A stretch of DNA of 63,540 bases, the filler included, from Octopus bimaculoides (Eukaryota), in NCBI RefSeq assembly GCF_001194135.2. It is 5 parts of 5 records of this genome, joined end to end, with 100 filler letters (N's around TTAATTAATTAA, not from the genome) between each part and the next. Parts side by side here need not be neighbours in the genome. Positions count along the whole stretch, not along the records: positions 42,586 to 63,540 come from NC_068983.1; 4 more parts are not named here. One strand, 5' to 3'. Made by a program: the position numbers and the translations under genes. The notes under the pieces are model-generated. The model was not told where the DNA came from and made no database searches. It was given only the letters and a program-made list of their open reading frames with translations. Below are positions 49,513 through 63,195 of the stretch, piece by piece (the stretch's first letter is position 1; each line of letters opens with the position of its first letter).

Positions 49513-49744
49513 TTATATTTATTCAAAATACCTCATATTAACAGGGAGTTTCTACCTCGAAAAACAAGAGTTACACCAAAGTTATTTTGTGAACTTTTCT
49601 ACACTGGTATCTATTAACCAATTTATTTTATCAGAGTTAATTGTTAACTAAGAGAAAATAAATACATATAATCATATATGTATATGTATATGTATGTTTG
49701 TATGTATGTATGTATGTATGTATGTATGCTTGTGTGTGTGTGTT

Positions 49745-49930
49745 TATGTGTTTGTACCAGACCAACGCTTGATAACTGGTGTTGATGCTTTCATGTCCCC
49801 ATACTGTTGCTGTTCTACCTAAGACCGATAGGAAAAAGTGCCAGGCTTTAAAAGTCGTACAGGGGTTGAGTTGTTCGTCTAAACCTTCTGAGGTGGTGCC
49901 TCAGCATAGTTGCAGTCTAATGGCTGAAGG
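49745..49930 (+). mobile_element. Family-A SINE 3' domain, decayed
   Basis: AACGCTTGATAACTGGTGTTG...GACCGATAGG...GGTGGTGCCTCAGCATAG aligns to the family-A tail. Confidence 0.6.
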
Positions 49931-50295
49931 AAGTTTAAAGTAAACCCAAAAAGATACATACGTACATTATGTGCAACAGAAGAGATATTATGTTAATATA
50001 GTTATATGTATATTATGCTTAATGTCTGTATCGATGGCAATAAATTTCGTCTGAGCATGCGTTTTCTGTCAGGACATGCTTTTAACAACGCTGAAAGAGT
50101 TAGAACCACATCGTAACTCCACCAGCCGCTGCTATACAATTTTCGTCTGCCTTCGGTAAATATTGTGTTTTTAAACAACACACATCCATCATAGATATTA
50201 TTTTAGGGCGAATACCGCAGTAAATTTGACTTTACTATAATTATGATAGGCAGATAGCTATGATAGGCAGATGTGTGTGTGCGTAAATATACACT

Positions 50296-50343
<48 letters not shown>

Positions 50344-51059
50344 AGAATGTATTTATGTATGTATTTATATATCGCAAGTATATTTACATATACTTATACA
50401 TACACAACATTACTATTTAGTTGTAAAGCTACGTAAGTAACACACCACCGAGCGTTCCGTACATAACATTTGTCTAACTCTTTGATAAGTGCAAAACACG
50501 ATAGACGTGTATGTTTCTGTACGTATATGTGTATGTACTCACATATACAAAAAACATACATAGATATTTATTTGTATTTACGCATGTGTCTGTTTGAAAG
50601 CATAGACTTGATATTATTTGTTTATAGGAAAATAAATATTCCTTTAGACTTGTGAATGTGTAAGAATATATTCGTATGTCTGTATTCATAAATGTATGCT
50701 GGCTAGAGTTCAGAGTTCTGATATTACAGACATCTCTCTGTGTCTGTCGCCAACAGAAACATTAATCACACTCAATGTTTAGAAGTCTTTCAACTAAACT
50801 CGTAATTTCAAAGCCACCAACATTTCTAGGCACTTGAATTAATATTAATCTGCTTTTTACCCATCCCATATATCATTGAATTAACCGAACTACCATTGAA
50901 TAGAGCTATTGATTCGTATGTAAGCACTGCTACATATTTTCAGGAAGGCTAATACCGTAATTAACCAAGTTATTATATTTCATAGGAAAACATTCTTTTC
51001 TGAAACTTCTTTTGACGCTCCTTACATAACTTTGTCCATTCACACATTTCTTTTCACTG

Positions 51060-51090
<31 letters not shown>

Positions 51091-52715
51091 TTTCTGTTAT
51101 TATCAAATATCTGCATAGTTAGACACGAATTCCAGCAAAAACGTATGGCACATGATACGCATACATCAAATATCATAAATTTTGCTCGACAACATATTTC
51201 TGTGTCACACTTGTGTTCAGTACTGATATAACATGCATTGACTGTGCTCAAATACTTCCTGAATTATTGTACGCAGTTTAAAATTTCAAGTCTCCAAAGC
51301 TAGGCCCTATCAGCCATGAATAACTTTTTCAGAGTTCTTATCCAGGTTTGTCTTACTACACATCTTTAAAAGAAATTTATTGCTGAAACTTATCAGTTGC
51401 AGTTCTTCTTAGAAATTTATCAATACCATCTTACAACTCAACCTTTACTTTTTTGATTAATCTATTTTGTCGTTCTTCTGAACTAAAGTCTGACATTTGA
51501 AATCCGAGCACAAAACGAAAGTCCTTATATCATGTATATAGTCATGTATATCAATGTAGATTATACCGCTTTGACAGTGACGTCTAATGTGTTACTATAT
51601 AACTATGTCTGGAGTTATTATTAAGAACACATTCATATCCTGATAGGCAAACAGAAAAGTTCATAATACACACATACACGCACACACAGAAATACACACA
51701 AACATACACATAAAAGATATAGACATACACATACATATTTATTTGCGTATACGGGTGTACAACTGGCTGTATGTCATGACTATCATTATATTAATAAATG
51801 TACCGTGTATACATATCCTATGAATATATTTATCGGTATATTTATGCGCATGTGTTTGTGTGTACATATATTTGTGTGTGTGAGTATTTGTCTGTGTTTT
51901 CGTGTGTGCGTGCGCATGTGCAAGTGTGACTATGTATAACTATCTAATTAAGAAGCTAAAGACCTAGCCAAGAGACTATTACCATGTATTTTGATAATTT
52001 CTTGAATTTTCAAGATTAGTTTCATCTCAGAATGTTTTCTGCTCTCTGCTCAACTGAGTTTTACAACAAAGGTATTCTATAATCTTCAGTTTGTTTTAGA
52101 AGAAACGATAGTTGCTATAAGCATTTCACAAGTTCCAAGACTGAGGATAGTGATATATGTGAAATGTTAACATACCTTATACTCAATTCGCCATTTCTGA
52201 ACTGGTATCAAGAAGAAATACACACAAAGGATGAATTACAAATGGTAGCAGTCAGTAAGAAATAATATTTACAAAATTGTTGCTAAATACGTATAGATGT
52301 AACCGAAGAGACATAAAAAGGCTTTTGGTAACTGGATAGATTTAGCACTGATGGCTACCGAGTTGATAAAATAGTATGGTCCGATACATTACTTACCAAA
52401 ATATAGTGAAGAGTTAGAAAATAGGTAAATGAATTTTTTTTCATATGCATATTTATGCATATGCATAAGTTCACTGCATCAGTATTTTAATTAGCATAGA
52501 ATACAGTTATGCCTCATAGAATATCAAAGTCTTTTTGACCTTAGATCAAACTCCTTTACTCAGTTTTGTCTGATTGATGGTACATAAAGAAGGTAGCGAA
52601 ACGGCCGTAACCCTATGGAAATCACGTGTTTAAATGAATCTATATTTACCACTTATACGTTCTGAATCTATGTTTATATGTATGTATGTATGTATGCATG
52701 TATGTATGTATGTAG

Positions 52716-52768
<53 letters not shown>

Positions 52769-52834
52769 CATCTATCTATCTGTATATATGTATATGTATG
52801 TGTATTTCTATGTTTGTGTATACATATATTCTTT

Positions 52835-53010
52835 TACCTGCGCCAGTCACTTGACTGCGGCCGTGCTAGAGCACTGCCTTAAATGTTTCTTTTGTCGAAG
52901 AAATAGACCACAGAACTTATTCTATACACCACATTTGGCGAAGCGCTATGTTACAGGGATGTAAAGACACCGACAACGGTTGTCAGGCGATTGTGGGGGA
53001 CAAACATAGG
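52835..53010 (-). mobile_element. Family-A SINE 3' domain
   Basis: CAGTCACTTGACTGCGGCCGTGCTAGAGCAC...ACGGTTGTCAGGCGATTGTGGGGGACAAACA followed by a microsatellite. Confidence 0.7.
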
Positions 53011-53250
53011 CACAAAGACATGTACACACATATACACACACATACACGCACATATATATATATACATATAAATATACACACACACACACAAACACATATA
53101 TATATATATATAAATGTATGTATATAAATATATATACACACATACATATATATATACATGTATATATATATATATGTGTGTATGTATGTATATATATATG
53201 TATGTACTTTTTCCCACCTTGTTTCGCATTTATGTGCTTACTCTGGCATG

Positions 53251-53331
<81 letters not shown>

Positions 53332-54014
53332 TCGCACATTTGAAGGAAATCTGTTGAATTTATGGTCGCGAGATCGTGGTTTCAATTAAAACGCCTTTAT
53401 GTAGTACGTTGTGTTCTTGACAAAAAGACTTCGTGTTGTTCTGGTATCACCTCAACCACTGATGAATAGTACGCCTGGAAACTGCACTAGTAATATAGAT
53501 TTGAGGAAGGAAATGAGCTACTGTACAGCACAAACATTCGATCATTTCATGCAAGTGCTATTCTTGTATCTCGTAACTCTCATTATGTCAATATTAAATA
53601 TCACTTTCCAAACTAACAAAGGATTAATGTTATTGAGATTATATTTTGCTGGGACGAAGAACTTTTTACTTGTTGCTATTGAATGAGGAGTTATACGATT
53701 GTTTCCAATTTTAGGATATTTTCGAGATATTTTATTCTATGCAGATTGCGTGTAGATAAAGCCTAGGTATAGAATATATTTGGAAGAGTAAAGTGTGTTG
53801 TCAACTTTATAGAAGTGTGTGTATTCAGACAAAAAGGAAATTACTGATTCGAGCTGTTTTGAATAATCACGCTCCATTGTATTTGGTTTATATTAACACA
53901 AACCATGAGCTGAGTCGGTGTGACAGTAAGTTTTCAATGCACGAGAGCAGAGTCAAGGGGCAGAAACGGTCTATAAGTTGATGGCTTTGTTGACAACCAG
54001 CCGAACAGATTTCA

Positions 54015-54260
54015 CTAAACGGCTATCTCTAAGTATATGATGTCTAAACTAATATTGTTTGCTGGATCTGCATTTGCATGAATCTCACCGGAGAGGGAAA
54101 GAGATTCATATCCAGGGATTATCAAGTCTGCGATGCTGGATGATTCTGATGTGTTCCTGTAACAAGCTTTCAACATCTGTTTAGAAAACAGTGATATGTA
54201 AGAAGAGTATGTCGCCTTGTAAGAAGCACGTAATCTCTCTATGAAGGACATGATGGTGGG
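54015..54260 (-). mobile_element. Possible hAT (Buster/Charlie-like) transposase remnant
   Basis: LRASYKATY...SSSIADLIIP loosely resembles the hAT ASY.V...IA...KPHTIAE.LI.P block. Weak similarity only. Confidence 0.3.
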
Positions 54261-54684
54261 AAGTCTATTCTGTGTTGTCCGAGTATAGTCATCGAGGAAT
54301 TATTCAAACATGAAAGTAGTAAAAAAAACTTCAGAAACGAAATTGTGGTGCAGACTCGGGTTAGCCTTTAATCAAGTCTTTTTATACGTTAGTATATCAA
54401 AATGGTGAGGATGCATAGCCTAGTTGTTAGGAAGCCGCACTCATCGTCGCGAAATCATGGTTTCAATTAAAAGCCTTTATGTAGTACGTTGTGTTCTTGA
54501 GCCAAACACGTCGTGTTTTTTCTGGGATTACTTCGACCACTGATGAGTGATACCCTTGGAAACTGCACTAGTAACATCGATTTGAGGGTGGAAGTGAGCT
54601 TATGTACAGCACAAGTATTCGATCATTTCATGCAAGTGGTATTCTTGTATCTCGTAAGTCTCATTATGTCAATATTAAATATGC

Positions 54685-54885
54685 AGTAAGGCAGCGAGCT
54701 GGACGAAATGTTAGCACGACTAGCAAAATGATTCACGGCATTTCGTCTGTCTTTACGTTCTGAGTTCGAATCCCGCCAAGGTCGACATAGTGTTTCATCC
54801 TTCGGATCGAGCGCTTGGAGTCGATGCAATCGACCCACCCACTTCCCCGAAACTGCCGGCCTTGTACCAAAATTTGAAACTAATA
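54685..54885 (+). mobile_element. tRNA-derived SINE, family D
   Basis: GGCAGCGAGCTGG...GTTCTGAGTTCGAATCCCGCCAAGGTCGAC; homologous to 40078-40260. Confidence 0.75.
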
Positions 54886-55139
54886 CTAAGCATACATATT
54901 TATATTAGTTAACTACTTAACTATTTAATCAGTAAATTAATCAACTGCTTAATTAATCGTTCGTCAAACGATCAGTCACCTATGTTGTTAGCTTTAGTTC
55001 TTTTACCCACCTTCGTGAGCTCCTGAATGGCATGCTCTCTCTAGTCCAGCTCCCCTTCCAGTGTATGTGTCTGTTTCCTAGTTTACAGATTCGAGATTCA
55101 GCCTTTATACTTATATGGATGTGAGTTATTATGTATGTA

Positions 55140-55194
<55 letters not shown>

Positions 55195-56936
55195 NNNNNN
55201 NNNNNNNNNNNNNNNNNNNNNNNNNNNNNNNNNNNNNNNNNNNNNNNNNNNNNNNNNNNNNNNNNNNNNNNNNNNNNNNNNNNNNNNNNNNNNNNNNNNN
55301 NNNNNNNNNNNNNNNNNNNNNNNNNNNNNNNNNNNNNNNNNNNNNNNNNNNNNNNNNNNNNNNNNNNNNNNNNNNNNNNNNNNNNNNNNNNNNNNNNNNN
55401 NNNNNNNNNNNNNNNNNNNNNNNNNNNNNNNNNNNNNNNNNNNNNNNNNNNNNNNNNNNNNNNNNNNNNNNNNNNNNNNNNNNNNNNNNNNNNNNNNNNN
55501 NNNNNNNNNNNNNNNNNNNNNNNNNNNNNNNNNNNNNNNNNNNNNNNNNNNNNNNNNNNNNNNNNNNNNNNNNNNNNNNNNNNNNNNNNNNNNNNNNNNN
55601 NNNNNNNNNNNNNNNNNNNNNNNNNNNNNNNNNNNNNNNNNNNNNNNNNNNNNNNNNNNNNNNNNNNNNNNNNNNNNNNNNNNNNNNNNNNNNNNNNNNN
55701 NNNNNNNNNNNNNNNNNNNNNNNNNNNNNNNNNNNNNNNNNNNNNNNNNNNNNNNNNNNNNNNNNNNNNNNNNNNNNNNNNNNNNNNNNNNNNNNNNNNN
55801 NNNNNNNNNNNNNNNNNNNNNNNNNNNNNNNNNNNNNNNNNNNNNNNNNNNNNNNNNNNNNNNNNNNNNNNNNNNNNNNNNNNNNNNNNNNNNNNNNNNT
55901 ATATATATATATATATATATTGGTGTACAGAGGGATGCCTAAATACATACATACTATATACATTAAAGGTGAATCTTGCTTTGTGAATGTATAAGTGTTA
56001 TTCTGGTTCTGTCAGTGTGTCTTTATATAGATGGCAGCTAAGTTGATGTGCAAATATACTAGTCAATATTTTGATATTTCAAAGAATAAAGTAATTTAAA
56101 TGGTTGGATGAAACAAAAGCAAGAAACTAATATAAGATTGTCACATAGACATGAGAAAACTTATTGAAATCCCCCAAGTAAACAAATGTTTAAGGTTGTT
56201 CCATTTCTTATACGCAATTTCCAGTATTGAATTAATCTTATGCATATATTAATACGTCTCTGGTACAATATCTAAATGTTATGCAATTGGTAAACAATAT
56301 CTCCACACTGAATATATTTATTGTCACATGAATTACAAATAACATAACGTGCATAAATACTAAGATCTTTGTTCAATGTAAACAGAAAGAAACAATTTGT
56401 CCTCATACACAGTTGCACACACGAACAAAGAGTAACACAAGGATATATTTAGTGAAGAAATGCAAGGTACAAACATCACAGAAAACGAGAGAGGGATGTG
56501 TATACAGAAATGGCTGTGAAAATATATGAACAAATTTCAATGAATATACATCAGATGAAAAATGACATATATGTGAATATATATTGCGTGCACACGTACA
56601 CACACACAAACACGCGAACACGCACGCACGCACGTGCACACACACACACAAACACGCGAACACGCACGCACGCGCATACACACACACACACACACGCACG
56701 CACACACACACACGCATGTATGTATATATGCGCGCATGCATATGCAAGAATTCTCAGCATAATACGGATTATGCGTCCCTGAAAACCTGCTACAACGCGG
56801 AGAGTCATATAATAATATAATTATAAAGTGATAATGCGTTCTGACGGATTTTTCCGGAAAATGAAAAGGGGAAAAACATGTCCACTATTATAAGTGAAAA
56901 TAACGTCTATTAGATAATGTCTACAATATGTATGGT

Positions 56937-57320
56937 GGAGGCGCAATGGCTCAGTGGTTAGGGCAGCGGACTCGCGGTCACAGGATCGCGGTTTCGATTC
57001 TCAGACCGGGTGTTGTGAGTGTTTATTGAGCGAAAATACCTAAAGCTCCACGAGGCTCCGGCAGGGGATGGTGGCGAACCCTGCTGTACTCTTTCACCAC
57101 AACTTTCTCTCACTCTTACTTCCTGTTACTGTTGTGCCTGTAATTCAAAGGGCCAGCCTTGTCACACTGTGTCACGCTTAATATCCCCGAGAACTACGTT
57201 AAGGGTACATGTGTCTGTGGAGTGCTCAGCCACTTGCACGTTAATTTCACGAGCAGGCTGTTCCGTTGATCGGATCAACTGAAACCCTCGACGTTGTAAG
57301 CGACGGAGTGCCAACAACAA
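56937..57320 (+). mobile_element. tRNA-derived SINE, family C, full length
   Basis: GGAGGCGCAATGGCTCAGTGGTTAGGG (A box)...GGTTTCGATTC (B box), a conserved central block, and the tail GGAGTGCCAACAACAA. Confidence 0.9.
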
Positions 57321-58371
57321 CCGGCAACATGTACTTGTGAGGCGTATAGCATCCAAAATAGTTTGTAGCTTTAGAGCATAACCACTTTGTGGAACTCAAT
57401 GTGGAAATTAAGCTCATGGTAAACTCCTTTTATAATTTTCATGTTACGTTTATTCTTATTGTTGGTATTAGTGAAAATTTGCAGACCTTCCTGTTTTGCA
57501 GTCAATTTTAGTGAAACTGGTGGAATTTCTGTTTTCACATCTGTATTTTTGGTTTTCTCTTCTAACAGCAAAAACTCCTCGTTAGATAAACATTCTCTGC
57601 AGAACACTAGTGACAATCACATTTTCCTCTATGGCTACTTGAAACCCTGCGTTATTTGCAAGTATCATATTATCTTTCCGAATTTAACGTAGACTTTCTG
57701 CTTATGGAAAACTTGTTAAGTCATGGATACAACCTGGCCATCTGTTTTGCCAAGAACCATACAAATTTGAACGTTTCATTTCATCTCATGACTCAGCAAT
57801 GTTATCCAAAGCATCCATTAAACTGCATTTCTGCTAGGAATCTGTTGTTATAGATTATATTCTTTATCAATTACTTTTTGATAAGTTGTTTTGAGAGTTC
57901 TCAAATATTATGCCTTGAAGTTAACTATCACGCCTTGGTTCATCGGCTGGTGCGAAAAAGTTGAATTTTTGAGGATATATTCAGCTCACATTATCAGAAA
58001 TTCACTAAGTTGCTGAATGCGTTTTTTTTGGGGTTTTTATTTTAATATGGAACAATGCCATATTGAACTATGATGTATGGCACTGTTTCTTTCTAAAACG
58101 GTGCAAAAGATGACTGAATTTGTCTACGTGAAAAGCTCTTAGTCATTCATGCCTTCTTGTTTGGATGCCAAATTAAAGGCAAATTGAAATTTGAGTAAGC
58201 CTTGAAACCACTTGGATTTTCAGAGTAGCAGACAACGAGACGCTTTCATATCACTAATGAAGTTTCTTTCCAGAATAAAGTCAAACATTTTCTGAAAGCT
58301 TTAAATCCTTGTATTGGTTTTTCTTCTCGAGACTTAAAAGTTCCTCTAGATTTTGGCTGGAGAGTAAAACT

Positions 58372-59300
58372 TTACCCAAAGTAGCTTTCCTCAACTTCCA
58401 CCACGGCCTTAAGACGTCTCCGAAACCTCATGCATGTGATCCGCACTGTGTTCTTGGGAAGATGTTCGAACACAATATTGACCTTGGCACCCAGCTTTGC
58501 TTTGGCATTGCAGGCAAGGTTGTTGGCATCTTTCTTAACTGTGCTCCACATATAGTAATCGATGGGAATAGAATAGGGGGATTAGAAAGCTAGAAATTAG
58601 GGATGGAGAAGTCTTAGAAATTCTCCGACAACGATTTCTGATACTTTCTGCTAATATGGTAAACAGCTGAATCCTCATGCCTCACATATTGCCTTCCATC
58701 AGTAACCCTCTCCAACAACAGTTTAACCACATTCTCCTGCAGCTTCACATAGCTTTCTTGATTAAGCCCAAGGCCTTGTTCAAAGACGTAGGGTGGCATG
58801 ACATCACTCACTCTGGAGACACACCCAAACAACATCACAGTCTTCGGGAACTTAGTTTCTACGATGTCTATGTCACGTGTAGCAGCCTTTACAATATTCA
58901 CAAAGCATTGGGAAGCAGTCATGAAGTGTTTTCTTTTAAAAACAAACTAGCGCAAATCGTCATGATACAACTCTTTCACTATTCAGATGGTTTCCAGTAT
59001 TTCATGCCAGCTGAATGTAAACTGACCTTTTCTCAACTACAATTTTAATCGTTATACTTTCCAACATCGTTCAATGTTCGTTCTCCTAATACATCAAGTT
59101 TTTCTTTAAAGAAAGAGATATACAAAATCGTCAAATTGCTCCCCAACACTCCTCTGTACATAATAGTAGCTTTCATATCAGCAGCAACATTTCACCAGTC
59201 ATTTTACGTCCTACAAATTCAAATGATTCATAAACATTTTAAACAAGCCTTTAGTCACCAGGGAAGTTCTTTTAAATTAGAACTTTTAACAACATGGTTT
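58372..59300 (-). mobile_element. maT (DD37D) transposase remnant
   Basis: KFPKTVMLFGCVS..SDVMPPYVFEQGL...YVRHEDSAVYH...SENF...PIDYYMWSTV...RFRRRLKAVVEVEESYFG*. About 37 residues lie between the last two Asp after correcting one frameshift. Confidence 0.85.
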
Positions 59301-59899
59301 CTGCAAACCGTCATTAAAATAACTAAATATTTTAATTGCCATCATACATACGGCACAATGCTCCCAGTTTGATTAAAGATCCATACACGTAACAGTTATT
59401 TCATTTGAATCATCACGTTAGATCTTTGAAAGCACTAAAGACTTGGTAGTTAACATAACCGTTGCTATATTGCTACGCATTTTTCTCATTTTAGACCATA
59501 ATAATATAAATATTTCGGCTAAGAGGATAATGCTTTACTCCCTCTTCACGCCGTTTGAAAACAATTATTCATTTTCACTTGATAACTTCTTTCCAGATAT
59601 TTTGAGCTGTTCGTAAATCCAATAGCAGCGGTTATCAACAATTATCCTCCCTAAATAAGTAGTGAAGAATGGCAATATTTATATTCAGATATGTCTATGT
59701 ATGTATTGTGATTATAGTTTCCAGATTTCTTAGCCTTAGCTAAATCACCGGACATCAGCTTAGTGTATAAAAATGACGTGTACCAGATTGAATCAAAAGT
59801 GTTTTCGTGTTTCAAGATTTAATTAATAATTCTAATCAATTACATACGTAAAGTATTTATTCATTAAAATATAGCCCACCATATTTTATTGTCTATTGC

Positions 59900-60460
59900 C
59901 ACCGTTGTGTCAGAACTCAATTCCACGCTTATAACATTTGGCTGAATCCGTTTTCAGCCTCGTGCACGTTCTTAAACTCCGTCCGTACAAAAAACATAAA
60001 ATGGTGATATTGTTATGGTGCAAGGTTAGGACTGTAGTGTGAGGCATCACTTCCATGCCCTCAAGTTCCACATGCTTTCGATTGGTCACATTGGCGGCGT
60101 ATGCTGGGGCATTGTCATACTGTATGAGTGCGCGTCTTCGATTGACCAATGCCGGGAAGCTGCTTTCAAAGCATCATATATTCGCTACAGTTGTTGAGCT
60201 TATAGGTTATTGTTCAGAGTATGATCATCTGGCACAAACTTAAAATTGAACATCCACTCGAAAGTGGAACACCAACACATGAAGCACACATAACCTTCTG
60301 TTCAAGCAGCCCTGATTTGACAACAGGATTTGAATCCTGGCCGCAACGAAGCCACTGATTTCTCTTATTGGGATAACGAAAATAGTTCCATTTTTCATCC
60401 TCAGTTATAAATTTGATGACAAACTGGCATTTCAATTATTTGCAAATGTTGGTACGTCGT
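59900..60460 (-). mobile_element. Mariner transposase remnant
   Basis: ITEDEKWNYF (TGDEKW)...EQKVM...LVNRRRALIQYDNAPAY...EVMPH, with frameshifts. Confidence 0.85.
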
Positions 60461-63195
60461 AATGTAAATAATGTATATAATTCCTCGTCTCTTAAATATA
60501 GAACTGTAATATTAGTATATAATATTAAATTACTTAGTAAATTTACTATCAGTAAGTCCAATTTGTAGTTATCTTGCGAAAAATAAATTTTGTAAACTTA
60601 TTCCTTTCTGAGATTTCATTTACTTATTTGTATTAGTTCTTTTGAAGACATTTGCCAAGATGTTCAACTATTTAGGAAACTTGCTATATAGCTGGAATAT
60701 CTTTCAATAATACTGACAGCTTCATATCTAAATACATCGTAAATAAATATATAAGTTCTAAATTTTCTTCGTTTCGCATTATGACAAACATTGCCATATT
60801 TGTTTTGTTTTGTTTTTTTTATTTTTTCATTAGTTATAATTTTAGAGTCTCATCATACTAGTATGATTAAGATTGCAGACATTTCTAATTAACAGAAAAT
60901 AAACTTTTACACCTATCAATCAAAATAAGAAGGAAAATTAAACATCTATATTATTCGTTTGAAATTGAAGTTTTACACCTCTGCCTACACACAATTTTTC
61001 ACCATATATTCTAGTTTGTCTATGCAGTAATTAAACGACTCAGCCATGCTTATGTTCTAAATACGTTTCTTCTATATTGCAATTAGTTAGATCTTCTGCT
61101 ATATATAGTTTAAAACACCTATCTTTTACAATGTCAGTAAAGGCGTATATATATGATAAATCAGCCAGATTTCTCGTATAATACAACCTAACACCTTAAC
61201 AAAGGACGCACGAAATAATATAATACTAGATAGTCAAATAAGAAAATGGGAAAGATATAAAATCGACACACATCAGCCAGTAAGCATTCCATTATATTAA
61301 ATAAAAAACATGTGTTTAATTGGTACAAGTAAACAAATTAAATCAGCCAATAAATTCGTAAATATAAAGCGACAATCTAGAAAAGATTTCGAAGCGCTTT
61401 ACAGATACATGTAAGTGGAACAGTTAAAACATGCAAAATAGACTTAAAGTTCGATATATAACAATTACGCTGTGTAACAATGTCTTTTGTCCTTTGGGTA
61501 ACAAGTATTATTTCCTATTTGCTTGCCTGTGGAAAGTAGGTAAAATGGCTATGATGCTCCCCAACTACTCTTCCTCATGATCAGAGATGCACGCATTGTC
61601 AGCCACTAAGGGGCATGTTCAAGCGGTAAAGGTCAAGCAACTGACACGCAAATTTGTGGCATTGACCAGAATTTTTGCTATAAAGATATTACTGCTTCAG
61701 CAACTCAGTGCTGAATCTGTCTGAAATGAAATGGGAAAACTATTAATCTCCAGGTCACAAAAGCAAAGTTTGAAGGGAACTGCAGTCATTTCTTTTGATT
61801 TGTGTATAGAAGCAAATTCGAAGTAACACTTACCAACCCAAACACCACAAAATAAAAAAAAATGTTACGCATTGTTCTAGTCCTTGTTATTTAAATTCCG
61901 ATGAAGAATATTTGTCTTTGTTAGAAAACAACATGCGCATGCACGCACACATACATGTTGTATATACATAGATACATAAATACATACATACATACATACA
62001 TATATGTATATATATATATANNNNNNNNNNNNNNNNNNNNNNNNNNNNNNNNNNNNNNNNNNNNNNNNNNNNNNNNNNNNNNNNNNNNNNNNNNNNNNNN
62101 NNNNNNNNNNNNNNNNNNNNNNNNNNNNNNNNNNNNNNNNNNNNNNNNNNNNNNNNNNNNNNNNNNNNNNNNNNNNNNNNNGTGTGTGTGTGTGTGTGAG
62201 TTAGTGGTTAAGAAACTCATCTAAGGGATATTGAATATCCAATATACTACTGTATGTGTACCTACATATTTTTAACCAAGTGCTTACTATTGCATGGCAA
62301 TAATGCAATTGAATACTAGCTATGGGTGGGGGTAAATTGGAAATTTACCCACGATTTATAAGTCAAATAAGAAAATGGGAAAGATATAAAATCGACACAC
62401 ATCAGCCAGTAACCATTCCATTATATTAAATAACAAACATGTGTTTAATCGGTACAAGTAAACAAATTAAATCAGCCAATAAATTCGTAAACAGGTATAT
62501 AGAGAGAGATGAATGAATAAAATAGATGAGTGGAAAGATACAAATCCCTTGCGGCCGTTTCTACAATGAGGCCTCTGAATCTTCCAAGTCATCCTCATCA
62601 CGTCAGAGATATACAGAGATGAACAAACATTGGACAGAGATTGGATTATGGTTGATCCTCAAGGCTTCTGCGGAGTGTACAAATGTTAGGAAACTAACAT
62701 GTGGGAAATTCAGTTTGAATAATAGAGTAAGGTAAGATAGAATAAAATAGGTAAAAAAATTTTTAAATAATGTAATAGAGATGGTAAGGAAAGGTAAGAA
62801 CTTATTATAATCCATGGTATTGTATCCTGTGTTAAGTAAATAAAGTCACTCTCAGGAGATATATCCGTAGGCTGTGGCTTACATCGTGTTTTCATTATAC
62901 TGGGGGAAATAGTGAAGGTAGTATGTTATGTGGTCGGTTTAATTGTATGGCCCATGTTACAGGGGTCCAAAGTTAGAGGCTAACTGCTATTTAATGGATA
63001 TAACATTATGAAAGTAGTTGGCAGAAATAACTTAAATTGAACCTGTTAGGGGAAAATTAATATATAAGTACATTAATGAAAGAAGAACTGGGTAAAACCT
63101 TAGTGTGATGTTAACATCGCACTAAGGAATACAATCATCGTATAAACTCGCAGAGATACATACACACATACACATACAGATGTATATATATATTT

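Noticed and set aside
53459-54563. CTGATGA...GAAAC at 53459-53482 and 54540-54563 as hammerheads
   Set aside because: Neither stem II nor stem III can pair in either copy, and both lie within a decayed SINE body.
56937-57010. tRNA genes at SINE heads (also 24197-24250, 32623-32690, 39130-39197)
   Set aside because: A/B boxes are present, but no closed acceptor stem or cloverleaf is evident and each continues into a repeated SINE or pLTR body.
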